This document shows, in pieces, positions 26,519 to 37,503 of a stretch of DNA of 64,000 nt. The stretch is from a virus. Under the pieces are notes generated by a model. It was not told the origin of the DNA and made no database searches. It saw only the letters and a program-made list of their open reading frames with translations. Every line of letters begins with the position of its first letter. The stretch's first letter is position 1. The stretch spans positions 83,749-147,748 of IMG/VR virus record IMGVR_UViG_3300042549_009011; one strand, given 5' to 3'. Both the position numbers and the translations under genes were made by a program.

Positions 26519-26689
26519 TTATTTGGTTGGTTTTTCTTCCACAACAACTGGCTTTCTGGCTTCGTCGTATGTGTTGACTGCTTTAGCAAAAGCATTAAAC
26601 TTTTGAAGGTTTTCTGCAAATTTAGCTTGATCGGCACAAGAGTTCAAAAGAACTAAAGAGGCGATTAATGTAAAAATTTTTGCTTTCAT
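26519..26689 (-). CDS. Small lipoprotein
   Basis: MKAKIFTLIASLVLLNS-C lipobox; GTGTAA 8 nt upstream. Confidence 0.65.
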   Translation of the reverse strand: MKAKIFTLIASLVLLNSCADQAKFAENLQKFNAFAKAVNTYDEARKPVVVEEKPTK

Positions 26690-26716
26690 ATTTTTTATTA
26701 CACTCAATATTAATAT

Positions 26717-27292
26717 TTAATATAAATTTTTCAAGTAATAATTCCATTCAGGTCTAATTTTTTCTGCATTCAACATCAAAGCAGGTATTTGAGGAGGCTT
26801 TGGTATTTCTCCATTCTTATCAAAGAACGGAATAAAACTTCCTTTAGCTCTATTGCAATTTAAACAAGAAATAACTCTATTATCATGAACATCTTCTCCA
26901 CCTTTACTTCGTGGTTGAACATGATCTATGCTTAATTGCTTTAATGGAAACTTTTCAAAACAATATTGGCAAGTATAATTACATATTTTAGCCAATTCAA
27001 AAAGAGTCAACTTTCTTTTCTTTGGTCTTCTAAAGAATTTGCTTGTAACAACAATAACAGTTGGTATAGCCCAAACATTGTGAGAGCTAGGCAGAAACGG
27101 CTGATCTTCATGATACTCTGCACTTGAATTCCAAGAATCTAAAGAATGAAAAATAGATGCATTTTTATCCAATGCAGAAATTCTTTTCTTATGCAAATGA
27201 GAAAATGCCGCTCTTGCAGTTACAACCGTAATTGGTTGCCAAGCATTATTCAAAAGTAAAGTTGTTTTGCTATTTGCTGTTATAAGATTCAT
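26717..27292 (-). CDS. HNH endonuclease
   Basis: CQYC..IDHVQPRSKGG..N..SCLNCN..KG. Confidence 0.88.
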   Translation of the reverse strand: MNLITANSKTTLLLNNAWQPITVVTARAAFSHLHKKRISALDKNASIFHSLDSWNSSAEYHEDQPFLPSSHNVWAIPTVIVVTSKFFRRPKKRKLTLFELAKICNYTCQYCFEKFPLKQLSIDHVQPRSKGGEDVHDNRVISCLNCNRAKGSFIPFFDKNGEIPKPPQIPALMLNAEKIRPEWNYYLKNLY

Positions 27293-27294
27293 TG

Positions 27295-27984
27295 TTATCT
27301 ACTATCTATAAAATATTCTTTTGCACCGTCAATTATCATCGCAGTAATATATCCATAAGGTAAGAAGCTGCCAGTGTCAATGCAAATCCTGAATCCATCA
27401 TTAGTGACTCCATCTCTTTGGACGGTGTGACCACAAACAACGGTTTTACCTGATTTGTGAGGATATATATCATTGTATCGTCCCCAAATGCATTGCCATT
27501 CTTCTTGATCTTCCACATCTTGTTCGTGAGCCAAATGACCGTGAACAAAAATATGATTGTCTGTTTCATAGGTGAGTTTTAAATCATTAAAAAAGTCTCC
27601 ATGAATTTCAAACATTTGTTGAATGGTTTCACCAAAGTTATCTTCTTTTAGACCATATTTGTTGTAAGAGCGTAAACAAGAGACTCCTCCGTTGTTCATC
27701 CAAGAATGGAACATCTGAGATAGACCCAATCTTCCCTCTGTGAATTTCAGACCGTCCATTGCAAACATTTCGTGATTGCCTTTCAAAGTCACCAAATTAC
27801 ATTTATCTTTAAGAGATAAAATAAAATCAATTACGCCTTTAGAATCTTCACCACGATCAATATAATCGCCAAGAAAAATAATCGTGTCGTTTTTAGTGAA
27901 TGATAGTTTTTCAAAAAGGTTTTTGAGTTTATGGATTTCTCCATGAACGTCACCAATCGCTATAATTTTACCGCTATTTTTCAT
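27295..27984 (-). CDS. Metallophosphoesterase (Ser/Thr phosphatase family)
   Basis: GDVHG, GDYIDRG, GNHE, GHT, IDTG. Confidence 0.92.
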   Translation of the reverse strand: MKNSGKIIAIGDVHGEIHKLKNLFEKLSFTKNDTIIFLGDYIDRGEDSKGVIDFILSLKDKCNLVTLKGNHEMFAMDGLKFTEGRLGLSQMFHSWMNNGGVSCLRSYNKYGLKEDNFGETIQQMFEIHGDFFNDLKLTYETDNHIFVHGHLAHEQDVEDQEEWQCIWGRYNDIYPHKSGKTVVCGHTVQRDGVTNDGFRICIDTGSFLPYGYITAMIIDGAKEYFIDSR

Positions 27985-28222
27985 ATAGTTCTTTTATATC
28001 AGCTTCCAACTCCGTTGATCTATATCCAAGATTCAACAACATAATCTCTAATCCTTCTAATCCAGCATTCCTGCAATAGAGTTGGCTTCTTCCGCCGCGA
28101 ACTGTTACTGAACAAGTGCTAGGCGTATGTTCAATAATCATGTGCGGATCTGCTATACCAACCTGTTGCCCACCTTTTGAGCGAGTTATTGGAGTTATTT
28201 TAATTTGTGATGGGTGAATCAT
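27974..28222 (-). CDS. Minimal GGQ release-factor / peptidyl-tRNA hydrolase domain
   Basis: RSKGGQQV...HTPS...RSQ..RN matches RF domain 3. Confidence 0.7.
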   Translation of the reverse strand: MIHPSQIKITPITRSKGGQQVGIADPHMIIEHTPSTCSVTVRGGRSQLYCRNAGLEGLEIMLLNLGYRSTELEADIKELYEK

Positions 28223-28251
28223 TTTTTTTTAATTATTAAATATGTAAATTT

Positions 28252-28791
28252 TTACCTTAAATTTTCTTTAAATAATCTCCAACGATCACTATCAATAGAC
28301 TTAACACCAGAATTTATATTTGTCAACATGTTTTTTATTTCTTCGAAATTATTATAAATGAATTTAGGAGGCATCATACCCATAATCCAAAGTGGGGTAA
28401 ATTGTTTTCCTCCTTCAACAACAACAAAGGTCGGACGCTTGATTTTTATCGCAGTCGATAGTTCCTCCATCGTGCCAAAGGTTGGAGTTTTTGGGTTGAT
28501 ATAGCAGATAATAAAGTCTGCGCGATCAACCATAGACAAATCGAATGCCCTTACTTGTTTAAAATGATCATGAACTTCATCAAATTCTCCATTAGCCATC
28601 AATGCTGCCATTCTAGCATGAGTGTTTTCATCTTCTTCTGGAGCGTTGATAAATGGTTTTTCGTATGGGTTGAAGACGGTGACGTTAATTTCTTGCAAAA
28701 ATTCTGTCATATCATCTCTCCAACTTCTGCCATCAGTTTCATACTGCATCGCTCCTGCTAGGTAAGTTTTAGTTTTCTTTAGTATATTCAT
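28252..28791 (-). CDS. Nucleoside 2-deoxyribosyltransferase-like protein
   Basis: YLAG..FNP..DL..V..AD..GTMEE. Confidence 0.78.
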   Translation of the reverse strand: MNILKKTKTYLAGAMQYETDGRSWRDDMTEFLQEINVTVFNPYEKPFINAPEEDENTHARMAALMANGEFDEVHDHFKQVRAFDLSMVDRADFIICYINPKTPTFGTMEELSTAIKIKRPTFVVVEGGKQFTPLWIMGMMPPKFIYNNFEEIKNMLTNINSGVKSIDSDRWRLFKENLR

Positions 28792-28848
28792 AACTTTATG
28801 AGATTTGTATTCGTGATTCAGCGTGTTGTATTTTTACTGATCATCTTT

Positions 28849-29052
28849 TTATCTTTCTTTTAAATCATTCGCGCGGCGCAATTCTTCAACCATTTCTCTT
28901 TGGTATTTTGCCTTAGTTGGTTCTGGCATGAATAATTCCTCTGCTGTATAATTTCCGTTGCCACCCCTAATCCAGATGAAAACATAAAAGAATAGAGAAA
29001 TTGCAATAACTATTGCGATTAAAGCTTCAATAATTGTTAGTCCTTTTTTCAT
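28849..29052 (-). CDS. Prepilin-like small protein
   Basis: MKKG|LTIIEALIAIVI class III signal. Confidence 0.65.
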   Translation of the reverse strand: MKKGLTIIEALIAIVIAISLFFYVFIWIRGGNGNYTAEELFMPEPTKAKYQREMVEELRRANDLKER

Positions 29053-29055
29053 AAT

Positions 29056-29313
29056 TTAATATCCTTTATAAAAGCTAATATCGCCGTTTTCTTCCGCTTT
29101 CACAGCTTCATATTTAGAAATTCGTCGCCTGTATAGTTCTAGCTTGGCGCACTCAAGAGCGCCGATTATATCATTGTATGTTTGATAATTTTCTCCCTTA
29201 TAGCTTAAATATTTTTCCATAAGCACATGAATATTATAATTAAATTCTCCTGCGTTTTTTGGTTTAGAACCAGTATCAATAATATATCTATCGTTTTCGT
29301 TAATATAAGGCAT
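29056..29313 (-). CDS. Conserved phage hypothetical protein
   Basis: MPYI..GEFNY..GALECAKLELYRR pattern. Confidence 0.65.
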   Translation of the reverse strand: MPYINENDRYIIDTGSKPKNAGEFNYNIHVLMEKYLSYKGENYQTYNDIIGALECAKLELYRRRISKYEAVKAEENGDISFYKGY

Positions 29314-29326
29314 AATTTTATTTATT

Positions 29327-29857
29327 TTAAATTAAATCCATTGCTGGAAACCATTCTCTATTTGGCAAATACCAATGCTCGCAACTTTTAATAACATCAG
29401 TTAAAGAAACAACTGTCATTAAATCGCTTCTATCTTTTCTGCTATAAGACTTATAAAGAGCGTCACCAATTTTAAGAACTGATTCGGTTAAATCGCATTT
29501 TTTATCAATTAGTTTTATAAGATCTGAATTTTTAACATGCAAAAAGAAAGCGCCGAAATCAAAAGCAATCCATTCAGGACCAGATTTACTGCACCAACCA
29601 TCTTTGCCTTGAACATTTTTTATTTCAAGAAGAATCTTTCCTTGTTTATGCGTATCTTTAAGACCCTTAACATCTACAGTTTTTCCTGCAACAATAAAAT
29701 CAATATGCTGCATATCTTGTTTATTAGTCGCTTTTTTAACTTCTAAATTAGCGGCTTTGCAGCTTTGATAGTATTTTTGTTGTCCACTTTCTCCAACATT
29801 AAAACTTTTTTTAATATGGGAATACGAAGACATTTGTTTTGCTTTATTTGAAATCAT
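29327..29857 (-). CDS. PD-(D/E)XK nuclease-like protein
   Basis: HIDF....VDVK. Confidence 0.55.
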   Translation of the reverse strand: MISNKAKQMSSYSHIKKSFNVGESGQQKYYQSCKAANLEVKKATNKQDMQHIDFIVAGKTVDVKGLKDTHKQGKILLEIKNVQGKDGWCSKSGPEWIAFDFGAFFLHVKNSDLIKLIDKKCDLTESVLKIGDALYKSYSRKDRSDLMTVVSLTDVIKSCEHWYLPNREWFPAMDLI

Positions 29858-29952
29858 TATGTATTTTAATTTTTTGTTTTACTTTTTCGTAAATCATTTG
29901 AAAACCGCACGAACAATAAACAAGAAAAACTATTATATTATATTTTATTTTT

Positions 29953-30240
29953 TTAATCATTTAAATTTATTTCTTTTGGGGATATGTCTTCGATTTCTTC
30001 ACAGATTTTCTTTATTTCCCAAAAATCCATTTCTTTCGCTCTTTTTCTTAAATTGGAAACAAAAGAACAATAAATTTCATATTCTTTTGTTTGCTCAATC
30101 ATTATTTGTTTTTCGTGATCGTAAATGCCACAATCAAAAACTTCATAACGCACTGGATCTAGAATTTTCTCAATAGCATCGTAGTTGCTTTTTCTAGTTA
30201 CATATTCAAGAATATCTTCTTTTTTAATATTGATCTTCAT
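29953..30240 (-). CDS. Hypothetical protein
   Basis: ORF in operon. Confidence 0.55.
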   Translation of the reverse strand: MKINIKKEDILEYVTRKSNYDAIEKILDPVRYEVFDCGIYDHEKQIMIEQTKEYEIYCSFVSNLRKRAKEMDFWEIKKICEEIEDISPKEINLND

Positions 30241-30244
30241 AAAT

Positions 30245-30460
30245 TTATTTTATGTTATTTTTTTTATATTCTAAAAATTCAGAATAAGAGATTTTTGTTT
30301 TATTGGTTCTTCCTGCGTGAATGCATATAGATAGATTTTCAATTTCAGCCCATTCTTCAAAAGTTCTCTTAGCGAAAATATCATCAAAGTTTTCGCGACC
30401 TTCTTTAGAAAGTGCAGAAGTTTTAATTTCCGCTCCAGTAATATCATTTTTTGCTGCCAT
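30245..30460 (-). CDS. Hypothetical protein
   Basis: MAAKNDITG start. Confidence 0.55.
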   Translation of the reverse strand: MAAKNDITGAEIKTSALSKEGRENFDDIFAKRTFEEWAEIENLSICIHAGRTNKTKISYSEFLEYKKNNIK

Positions 30461-30617
30461 ATTTTTTATTATTTTATTTTTTATGCAAATAAAAGCACGT
30501 AAAACACAGCAATTATACAAGGTATTGCTAAAATTATTTCTAATGTATCTAATCCCATCATTGTTTTGTTGTTCAATTATAAGCTGAATTACGTATCAAA
30601 GTCAAATCATTTTTTTA

Positions 30618-30983
30618 TTATTTTCGAGCCTCTCTCCATCTTTTTAGTGCTTTTGATATATCTTCATTAAACATCCAAGACACGGGAGCATAGCAAGAAG
30701 AAAGTTCTACAGCGAGAGCGTCTGCGATTTCTCGTTCTTCTTTAAGCTGTTTTTCAAGTTTCTCGCCGTAAGCTGTTTCCTCTACGAGCATTTTCACTTG
30801 TTCTTTAATCATGTCAGGAAGATTTTCAACAGTATGATTTGGAATATAACCGACTGGCATTTCGTATAGACATTTTTTCAAAATATCTTCCAGCTTATCT
30901 CGCTGCTCTGTTACTTGCAAAAGTTTTGATTCGAGTATGTTTAGATCAAAGCCCGAAATTATTACGTCATGAGTTCGTCCCAT
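30618..30983 (-). CDS. Coiled-coil hypothetical protein
   Basis: TEQRDKL module shared with neighbours. Confidence 0.55.
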   Translation of the reverse strand: MGRTHDVIISGFDLNILESKLLQVTEQRDKLEDILKKCLYEMPVGYIPNHTVENLPDMIKEQVKMLVEETAYGEKLEKQLKEEREIADALAVELSSCYAPVSWMFNEDISKALKRWREARK

Positions 30984-31311
30984 CGCTCCCTCCTTCCCAC
31001 TTGCCGATAGTTACTAAATATGCCTTAGCAAGTTGCTTTGCTGTTGCTCTCACTCTGTCCATTTTTGATACGAGTCGCCCAGTATCTTCGTAGATAACCT
31101 GATCTAAATGAGCCGTAAATTCATCGTTATCAGGTAATGTAAGTAGAGCCTCATGCATCGCGTTGCGGTCTTTGAGGTAGTCGGGTAGATCTGAATCATA
31201 AAAAACATAATCCAATCCATTATCCCATACTTTTATACTGCCTTTAATTCTACTATGCCATTTCCATCCACAAGCTTTTGCGATGGCGATTCGTTGTGAT
31301 TTAGGACTCAT
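30967..31311 (-). CDS. Paralogue family member 1 (possibly phage ABA-sandwich-like)
   Basis: QRIAIAKACGW..LPDYL..AT..AYL.TIGKW. Confidence 0.6.
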   Translation of the reverse strand: MSPKSQRIAIAKACGWKWHSRIKGSIKVWDNGLDYVFYDSDLPDYLKDRNAMHEALLTLPDNDEFTAHLDQVIYEDTGRLVSKMDRVRATAKQLAKAYLVTIGKWEGGSDGTNS

Positions 31312-31624
31312 CCGCCCCTCCTTCCCACTTACCGATGGTTCGGAGATATGCTTCTGCGCGTTGGGCTGCGGTTGCTTCCGTTGGGTAATCTGGTGATAAA
31401 TTATGAAGGTGAGCTTCGTAGGTTCTTAGTTGCTCTGCTCCTGTCAGTTCTTTTCTTACTGCCAACCAGATTGCATTTAGGTCGTTGAGGTAGTCGGGGA
31501 GTTCATCGAATCGAGCGAATTTAGTTTTCTCGTTAGTCACGTAAAACGCCCATACTCCTGATGCTACCGTTTTTACCCATCCGCAAGCCTCCGCGATGGC
31601 GGTTCTTTGTTGTTCTTCGTTCAT
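31301..31624 (-). CDS. Paralogue family member 2
   Basis: Same three motifs. Confidence 0.6.
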   Translation of the reverse strand: MNEEQQRTAIAEACGWVKTVASGVWAFYVTNEKTKFARFDELPDYLNDLNAIWLAVRKELTGAEQLRTYEAHLHNLSPDYPTEATAAQRAEAYLRTIGKWEGGADES

Positions 31625-31944
31625 AGTTCGTTTTGGTTAGTTGTCCACTTGCCGATGGTGCGGAGATAGGCTTCCGCTCGCTGAGCGGCGGTAGCTCTTG
31701 TGGGCGAAAGGTCTGCGGGGTGTTGGCTTGGTTGAGCATCACGCCAACGTATCTCAATCAGGCATGATAAGTATGTATCCCATGAATTGCGGATATTATT
31801 TTCCGCCTCATGCATCGCGTTAAGATCGTTAAGGTAGTCTGGCAGATCGCTGACAAATGTGTAACTCGATGGTGCGTGATCGCCGTCATGTAGACGGATG
31901 CCAACGCTTTCCGCAATGGCGATTCGTTGTGCTTTAGGACTCAT
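31621..31944 (-). CDS. Paralogue family member 3
   Basis: Same three motifs. Confidence 0.6.
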   Translation of the reverse strand: MSPKAQRIAIAESVGIRLHDGDHAPSSYTFVSDLPDYLNDLNAMHEAENNIRNSWDTYLSCLIEIRWRDAQPSQHPADLSPTRATAAQRAEAYLRTIGKWTTNQNEL

Positions 31945-32386
31945 CGATCCCTCCTTTCACGGCTGCGAGTGCTTCGGCTGCGATACTTTGCGGATCGTCT
32001 TCGGCGAATCTACCTTGGTAATCTGCGATTCGTTCAAGCGCCTCCGCCAGCCTGTCCCGCTGCTCTTCTGCTTTTTCAGCGCGTTCTTGCGCCTTAGTAT
32101 AAATTGATTCGGATCTTCTAAGTTCGGTTAATCCTTTTGTAATTTCATCGTGCCAGCCGTCTTGCGCTTCCTTTAGCTGCTCGGTGACGGCGGTTAGCTC
32201 GCGTTCTAGTTGTTTAATTTTGGATGAATGTTTTAAGGCGTATTCAAAGCCGTCAGAAAAGGCAACCTCACCAACTATTCTTGTGCTTTGGCTTTTCTTG
32301 AACAGTCTTTGATTTCCATACTCCAAGGAAACTTTAGTCGCTTCAAATAAATCCGTCTCAGTCCTCGGTGTCGGTGTGTTGTTCAT
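31934..32386 (-). CDS. MNNTPTPRT-family coiled-coil protein
   Basis: N-terminus identical to 33039 ORF; EQRDRLAEALE module. Confidence 0.6.
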   Translation of the reverse strand: MNNTPTPRTETDLFEATKVSLEYGNQRLFKKSQSTRIVGEVAFSDGFEYALKHSSKIKQLERELTAVTEQLKEAQDGWHDEITKGLTELRRSESIYTKAQERAEKAEEQRDRLAEALERIADYQGRFAEDDPQSIAAEALAAVKGGIDES

Positions 32387-32393
32387 GGTGTTG
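32358..32393. repeat. 36-bp exact direct repeat (copy 2 at 33211-33246)
   Basis: TCAGTCCTCGGTGTCGGTGTGTTGTTCATGGTGTTG. Confidence 0.9.
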
Positions 32394-33619
32394 GTTGGTT
32401 TGATTTAGGTTTGACTCGTTCTTTGCCGCATTTGCACCATTGCAAACGCCATTGGATTTTCTTGGCGGTGTCGATAAATAAAGCACCGTCATGCCATCGG
32501 TGGCGTAGGTGTGGCTTGTCGTTCATAGTATTAATTGGTTGGTTAAAATTAGTCATGCCTTGTTTTTCTTGGGTATTTTACGTTTAGTGATCTTACCCCG
32601 TGTTTGAGAGGTAGTCTGACTGGTGCGCATTTCCAGCACATTGAAAAATGCCCGTATCCGTTGGGGGTGTATTCATGAGGACATCCACAACCCGAACAAG
32701 TCGAGGTAGAACAACCGCCATCCGTTCGTTCTCTGTAGAAATCTTCATCGTTTCTCGGATCGTGTATTGGCGGTTCGTCACTCATGGTGTTGGTTGGTTT
32801 GGATTGCGAATGATATTGCCGACAAAGGTGTAGCTAAAAACACGGTCATAAAAACCCAAAATGCAACGTCACTGTTACGTGCATTAAAGTCGTAACCAGA
32901 TAGCCAGCCTATGAAAGCGGAGAACAGGCAGAAGGTTATGAATATCAAAGCGGATAGTTTTATTTGTTGTTTAATTGTAAGTTTCATGGTTGTTGGTTGA
33001 TTTTTTAGACCGAACCGTTCGGTCGGTCAGCTTGGCTGTTATGCGAACTTAATCGATTCGTCTTTTTCAGTATCGCTTAGTCGATTCCATGCTACTTGTT
33101 TCGAGTGCTCAAGCTCAGATTCCAGCTCTCTGATACGATCCTCAAGCGACTCGATTAGCTCGGCTTGCTCTCGCTCAAGTGGGGTGCATGGTTTGCCGTT
33201 AATTTGCGCATCAGTCCTCGGTGTCGGTGTGTTGTTCATGGTGTTGTTAGTTTTGGTAATGACATCCAGTGGGTTGGTTCAATTGCCCAACCATCCCACA
33301 TTTCCCTAGCCCCTAGCCAACGAGTTATAAGATATCCGTGTTCAGGATGGGCACTTAAGATAAAAGATCTATCCTTAGGTGCAGTCTCGATAGGTTGCCA
33401 TTGTTCTAAAGCCTCCGCCAGCTTGTCCCGCTGCTCGGTGGAATCTTTAAGTTGCTTGCGAAGAATTGCCACGCAACTGCAATGCACCTCATCTGGATAT
33501 TCAGCTTTGACTTGCTCGGCTGCGTTGTGCCAATCAGCTAGTTCCTCCCGTGCTGCGGTTAGCTCTTTATTAAGTTCAACCACTTTGTTGGTTGCTGCTA
33601 GTAAATGTTCCATGTTCAT
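32383..33619 (-). other. Five small coupled ORFs (32383-32526, 32549-32785, 32778-32987, 33039-33239, 33236-33619)
   Basis: Overlapping stop/start; one 2-TM protein; one WQPIETAPKD...PTHWM (DUF551-like) domain. Confidence 0.55.
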
Positions 33620-33648
33620 GGTTTTGTTGGTTATTATTTTATTTTTTT

Positions 33649-36600
33649 TTACTTAGATAATCCATCCATCTGATTAAGCAGAGTATTAATGCGCTCAAGA
33701 TCGTATGCTCTACATGAACTAATTGTAGTGGGATGAAAAACTCTACCACTATCGCTTTCCTCTTGGATTTTTAGTATCTGCAAAAAACTTTGTACGCACT
33801 CTTGGAGTTTTTCGTATTGCAGCTTAATTTCATCAAGTTGGCGCTGAACTTCTTTCTTTTGTTGAATTTGTTCGTCTGCGAACTCTTCAAGAACTTTGAT
33901 GGTTTCTATTGTTTTATTCATTTTTATTATTTTTAATTCCAACTAAAGTTTTTCACTCAAAAGTTTTTAAAAATTCCATTACGCTTTGCACTTCCACAGC
34001 TTCTTTTAAATTATGAGCAATCTTTTCTTCATTCCATCTTTTAGACATACGAGACGGATCGAACTCTGTAGTATGGATTCTGTATTCGTACGGTTGCTCT
34101 TTTGCAAGTTGTAGGATTTCCAATGAATGGAAAGAGGCGGCTCCTTTGTGCCAATTTTCGCCGTCATCAGTGTATTCGTAGTAGTGTATTTTCATTTATC
34201 TGGATTCTCCCAAACATAATATGTCCATTGATCACCATGTTCCGCTTTCGCCGCTTTGATAGCTTCCTCTTTGCTCTTTGCTTTGTATTTTCCAGCAATG
34301 GCAGTTCCTCCGCTACAAGTGATGGCTATTGTGTATGCTTCCTTTTTCTTTTTATTGTTTTTTAAATCATTTTTTAATGCAATCAAATCATCTTTGTCCA
34401 TTAACTTATAAAAGCTGTTGTATGGACATTTAAGAAAGTCTTTGCTTTGACTGAGCAATTCTTCCTCATCCATACCCCTATAAGAATCATTTCCTCCCAT
34501 GCGGTCTGAAGCGGTTCGTATCAAGTACCAAGTTTTCTTTTTCATTTCTTCTTTTTCTTTTGAGTTAATTTCACCAATGCCATTGCTTTAATCTTAACAT
34601 CTGCTGTAAGAATGTCAAGATCAGAAACAACAGGAGTGCCAACTTTATTCAAAGGACAAAACGGCGCTACCAAATCACGTAGTATTCCTACCCACTTTAC
34701 CCTCAATTCAAGATTGTTTCTATCGTGAAGACCAAGTTGTTTCTCAGCTTCATATATTGCATTAAAGTCATTGCAGTAGTAGCGACAATTTCTGATGTGA
34801 TGCTTTTTTGATTCTCCACAAGCTTCAGCGATAGCAATATTAATTTCTTGATCAGTCATATTTTTACCAAACTTCTTTACCCATAGGACGGCAACTGTCT
34901 TTACCAATAATTTGGTCTTTCCACCATTGTGGTGGTGTATTAAACGCCGATGATGTCGATTGACGGTCAATTTCCATCTCATTCAAATCCTCTTTACATT
35001 CATCATAAAACAATTCATCAATTGTATTTCTATGAAATCCTTTATGCGTTAAGACTGTCACGAAAACATTTTTCCATTCTTCAATATTCGCGTCCCAAGG
35101 AATTTCGATTTCGATACTGAAATGTTCGTCAGTTACTTTTAGTTTTGTGTTTTGTGTTTTCATCATAGTCTCCAAGTTGTTGTGCTTACACTGTCGCCGC
35201 AAGTGTCACATGATCCATCTTCGATTTCATAATTATCATACTGAAAACATTGAATCAAATCGTCAATACTAACGGTATTATTCTTTAGCTGTTCCTTGAA
35301 CTTTTCGCACAGATAATCCACAAGCTCCATAATTTCAGCAGGAGTCATAGGATTGTATTCTCCATACATATCTTTACCGTTGACGGTTGTGCCAAAGGAG
35401 AGGCATCCTTCACTTTTAACTATTTCGTATTTTGTTTTCATGTTTTTATTATAATGTCTTATAAATCAGTCTTTAAAGCGACTTTATGTATTATTTATAC
35501 TACATCATTTAGATCTTGTATTGTTAAAAAACAAGGAGTGCCATCTCCAACCCAAGCTCCGACTTGATTGAATGACCAGAACTCAAGAGCTTCTTCATAT
35601 GACATACCTTCTTGCTGTAATTTTGTCAAGACTTTATCTTTATCATAGCAAGCAATTGATGGGCGACCAAACTGTTCTACTATTCCAACAAAACAATCGT
35701 CATAACCACACATTGTAGTCAATCCTTCTTCTTCTTCTTCTTCTTCAAGAATTTTATATTTTATTTCATTATTCATTATTTTCGTATCCGTAAATTTTAT
35801 TTATTACATACTCTTTATATTCCGAATCTTCACTACAGTTGTAGCAGTAATCCCAAAGCCAACCTTCTTGTTCTTCGCTGATTTCGCCAATAGCTTCTAA
35901 CAAACCAGCATAAAGTTCATCTTGTTTTTTAGACAAACTTGTTATAGTATTTTTAACTCCTTCGATTAGATGTTCTTTGTCTTTCATATTTTTATCCTAT
36001 AAAAATTGCTTCACAGTCAAAAGGATCGACACCTTGTGCAATATCATGTTTTCCATAATACCATTCGTTAAATGCATTGAGTTTTATATTTACTTTGCTG
36101 GCGAAGGAAACTTCGTCTACGCCGTCTTCATAACCACTGATTACCACCATAGTTTCATGGTCGTGTTTTTGAAGTTCCTCGATTAGTTGTTTTACTTTCA
36201 TAATTTATTTAAATTTTTATCTAACAGTCCAAGCACCCAATCCAATCTGAACTGACAGTTAAAGCGATCACTGATATAGAATAAATTACCGCTAATTTCT
36301 TCTTCACTCTTATAGCCATAGGTATCCAATGGGCTTCTGTCGTCACCACCAAAATAATCAGTAGTGGCAAGCCATTTAGATTGTGCAGCAATCACTCCAA
36401 CATAAGGACTAATAATCTCCTTTGCAGCTTCCAAAGATACACCTTGACTATAGAACTTACTAAATACATGCTTGGTCAAAAGCTTGTAACGCGCCGTTGC
36501 TTTGTTTTCAAGTCGATTTTCAGTGCTTCTTTTCATTTTTCCATTTTTTCTTGGCAGCTTTAAGACACTTTATGATATTTTTTAAAGTTTCCAAGCTTTT

Positions 36601-36753
36601 AATTTCGCCGTGTTCTGGCAAACCATTTATCAGCACGAAAACTCTGCCATCTTCTTTTGCTAGGGTTGTCTCAAAGTGAATGAGATTATTGTCGTGGTAG
36701 TTTTTAAATACCACTTCTTCACTTACTTGTGAATTTTTTCTATTGTTTTTCAT
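33649..36753 (-). other. Operon of about 11 small hypothetical ORFs, incl. a fourth paralogue at 34542-34859
   Basis: Tightly packed minus-strand ORFs; 35495-35776 has GYDDC..YDKDK..GAWVG..TP phage motif. Confidence 0.6.
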
Positions 36754-36756
36754 ATT

Positions 36757-37368
36757 TTATTTTTCCCAAAGATTGACTTCCATTCCTTTTCCTCTTGTGG
36801 AATATTCTGTATTATCGAGTTCTTCGCCATTGTAATATGCGCTATCAAAATATTCAACACCGTTTGGAGCTTCTTTAACAAGAATTTTTAATAATTTAAA
36901 ATCAAAATCTTCAGCTTCAAAAGTCTCTCCAAAAAGAACTCCTTTTTCGTATGAATTGCACTCCATAACATGATCTGGAATATCTTCATATTCAACTTCT
37001 GGATCTAAATACTCAATTGCATCTTCATTATCTTCTCTAAATTTAGAAAACTGCTCAAGAAAAATTTGTTTAGAAGAACCATCTTCTTGGATCTCCTCAA
37101 CTTGAATATAACAAGAATCCAAATCTGGTGAAGAAAAGTGACAAAAGATATCATCATTTTCATACCATTCGAAAGACTCTCCATTCTTAATCAAAAAATT
37201 AAATTCTTCGGGGATGTTTTCAAAATCCTCTGGAGTGCATAGATAATCAGCAACAAACGATTCTTCTTCTTTTTGTTTTTCACTCCAAAATGCAAAACTG
37301 TCTTCGTTCAAACGAATAAAAACACTTTCTGCTCCATGACCGTTTAAACTCAATAGGTATTTCTTCAT
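36757..37368 (-). CDS. Acidic hypothetical protein
   Basis: ORF behind TTGACA promoter; start adjusted. Confidence 0.6.
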   Translation of the reverse strand: MKKYLLSLNGHGAESVFIRLNEDSFAFWSEKQKEEESFVADYLCTPEDFENIPEEFNFLIKNGESFEWYENDDIFCHFSSPDLDSCYIQVEEIQEDGSSKQIFLEQFSKFREDNEDAIEYLDPEVEYEDIPDHVMECNSYEKGVLFGETFEAEDFDFKLLKILVKEAPNGVEYFDSAYYNGEELDNTEYSTRGKGMEVNLWEK

Positions 37369-37503
37369 AGGCGGGAAATATATAATCAATAATACGATTT
37401 GTCAATAAAAATCTAAAAAATTATAAACAAGATTTTATAAAGATATTACCGCCAATAAAAATTTAATTGTAATAGTTTTAAAAAAGTGTAATATATAGAA
37501 TAT

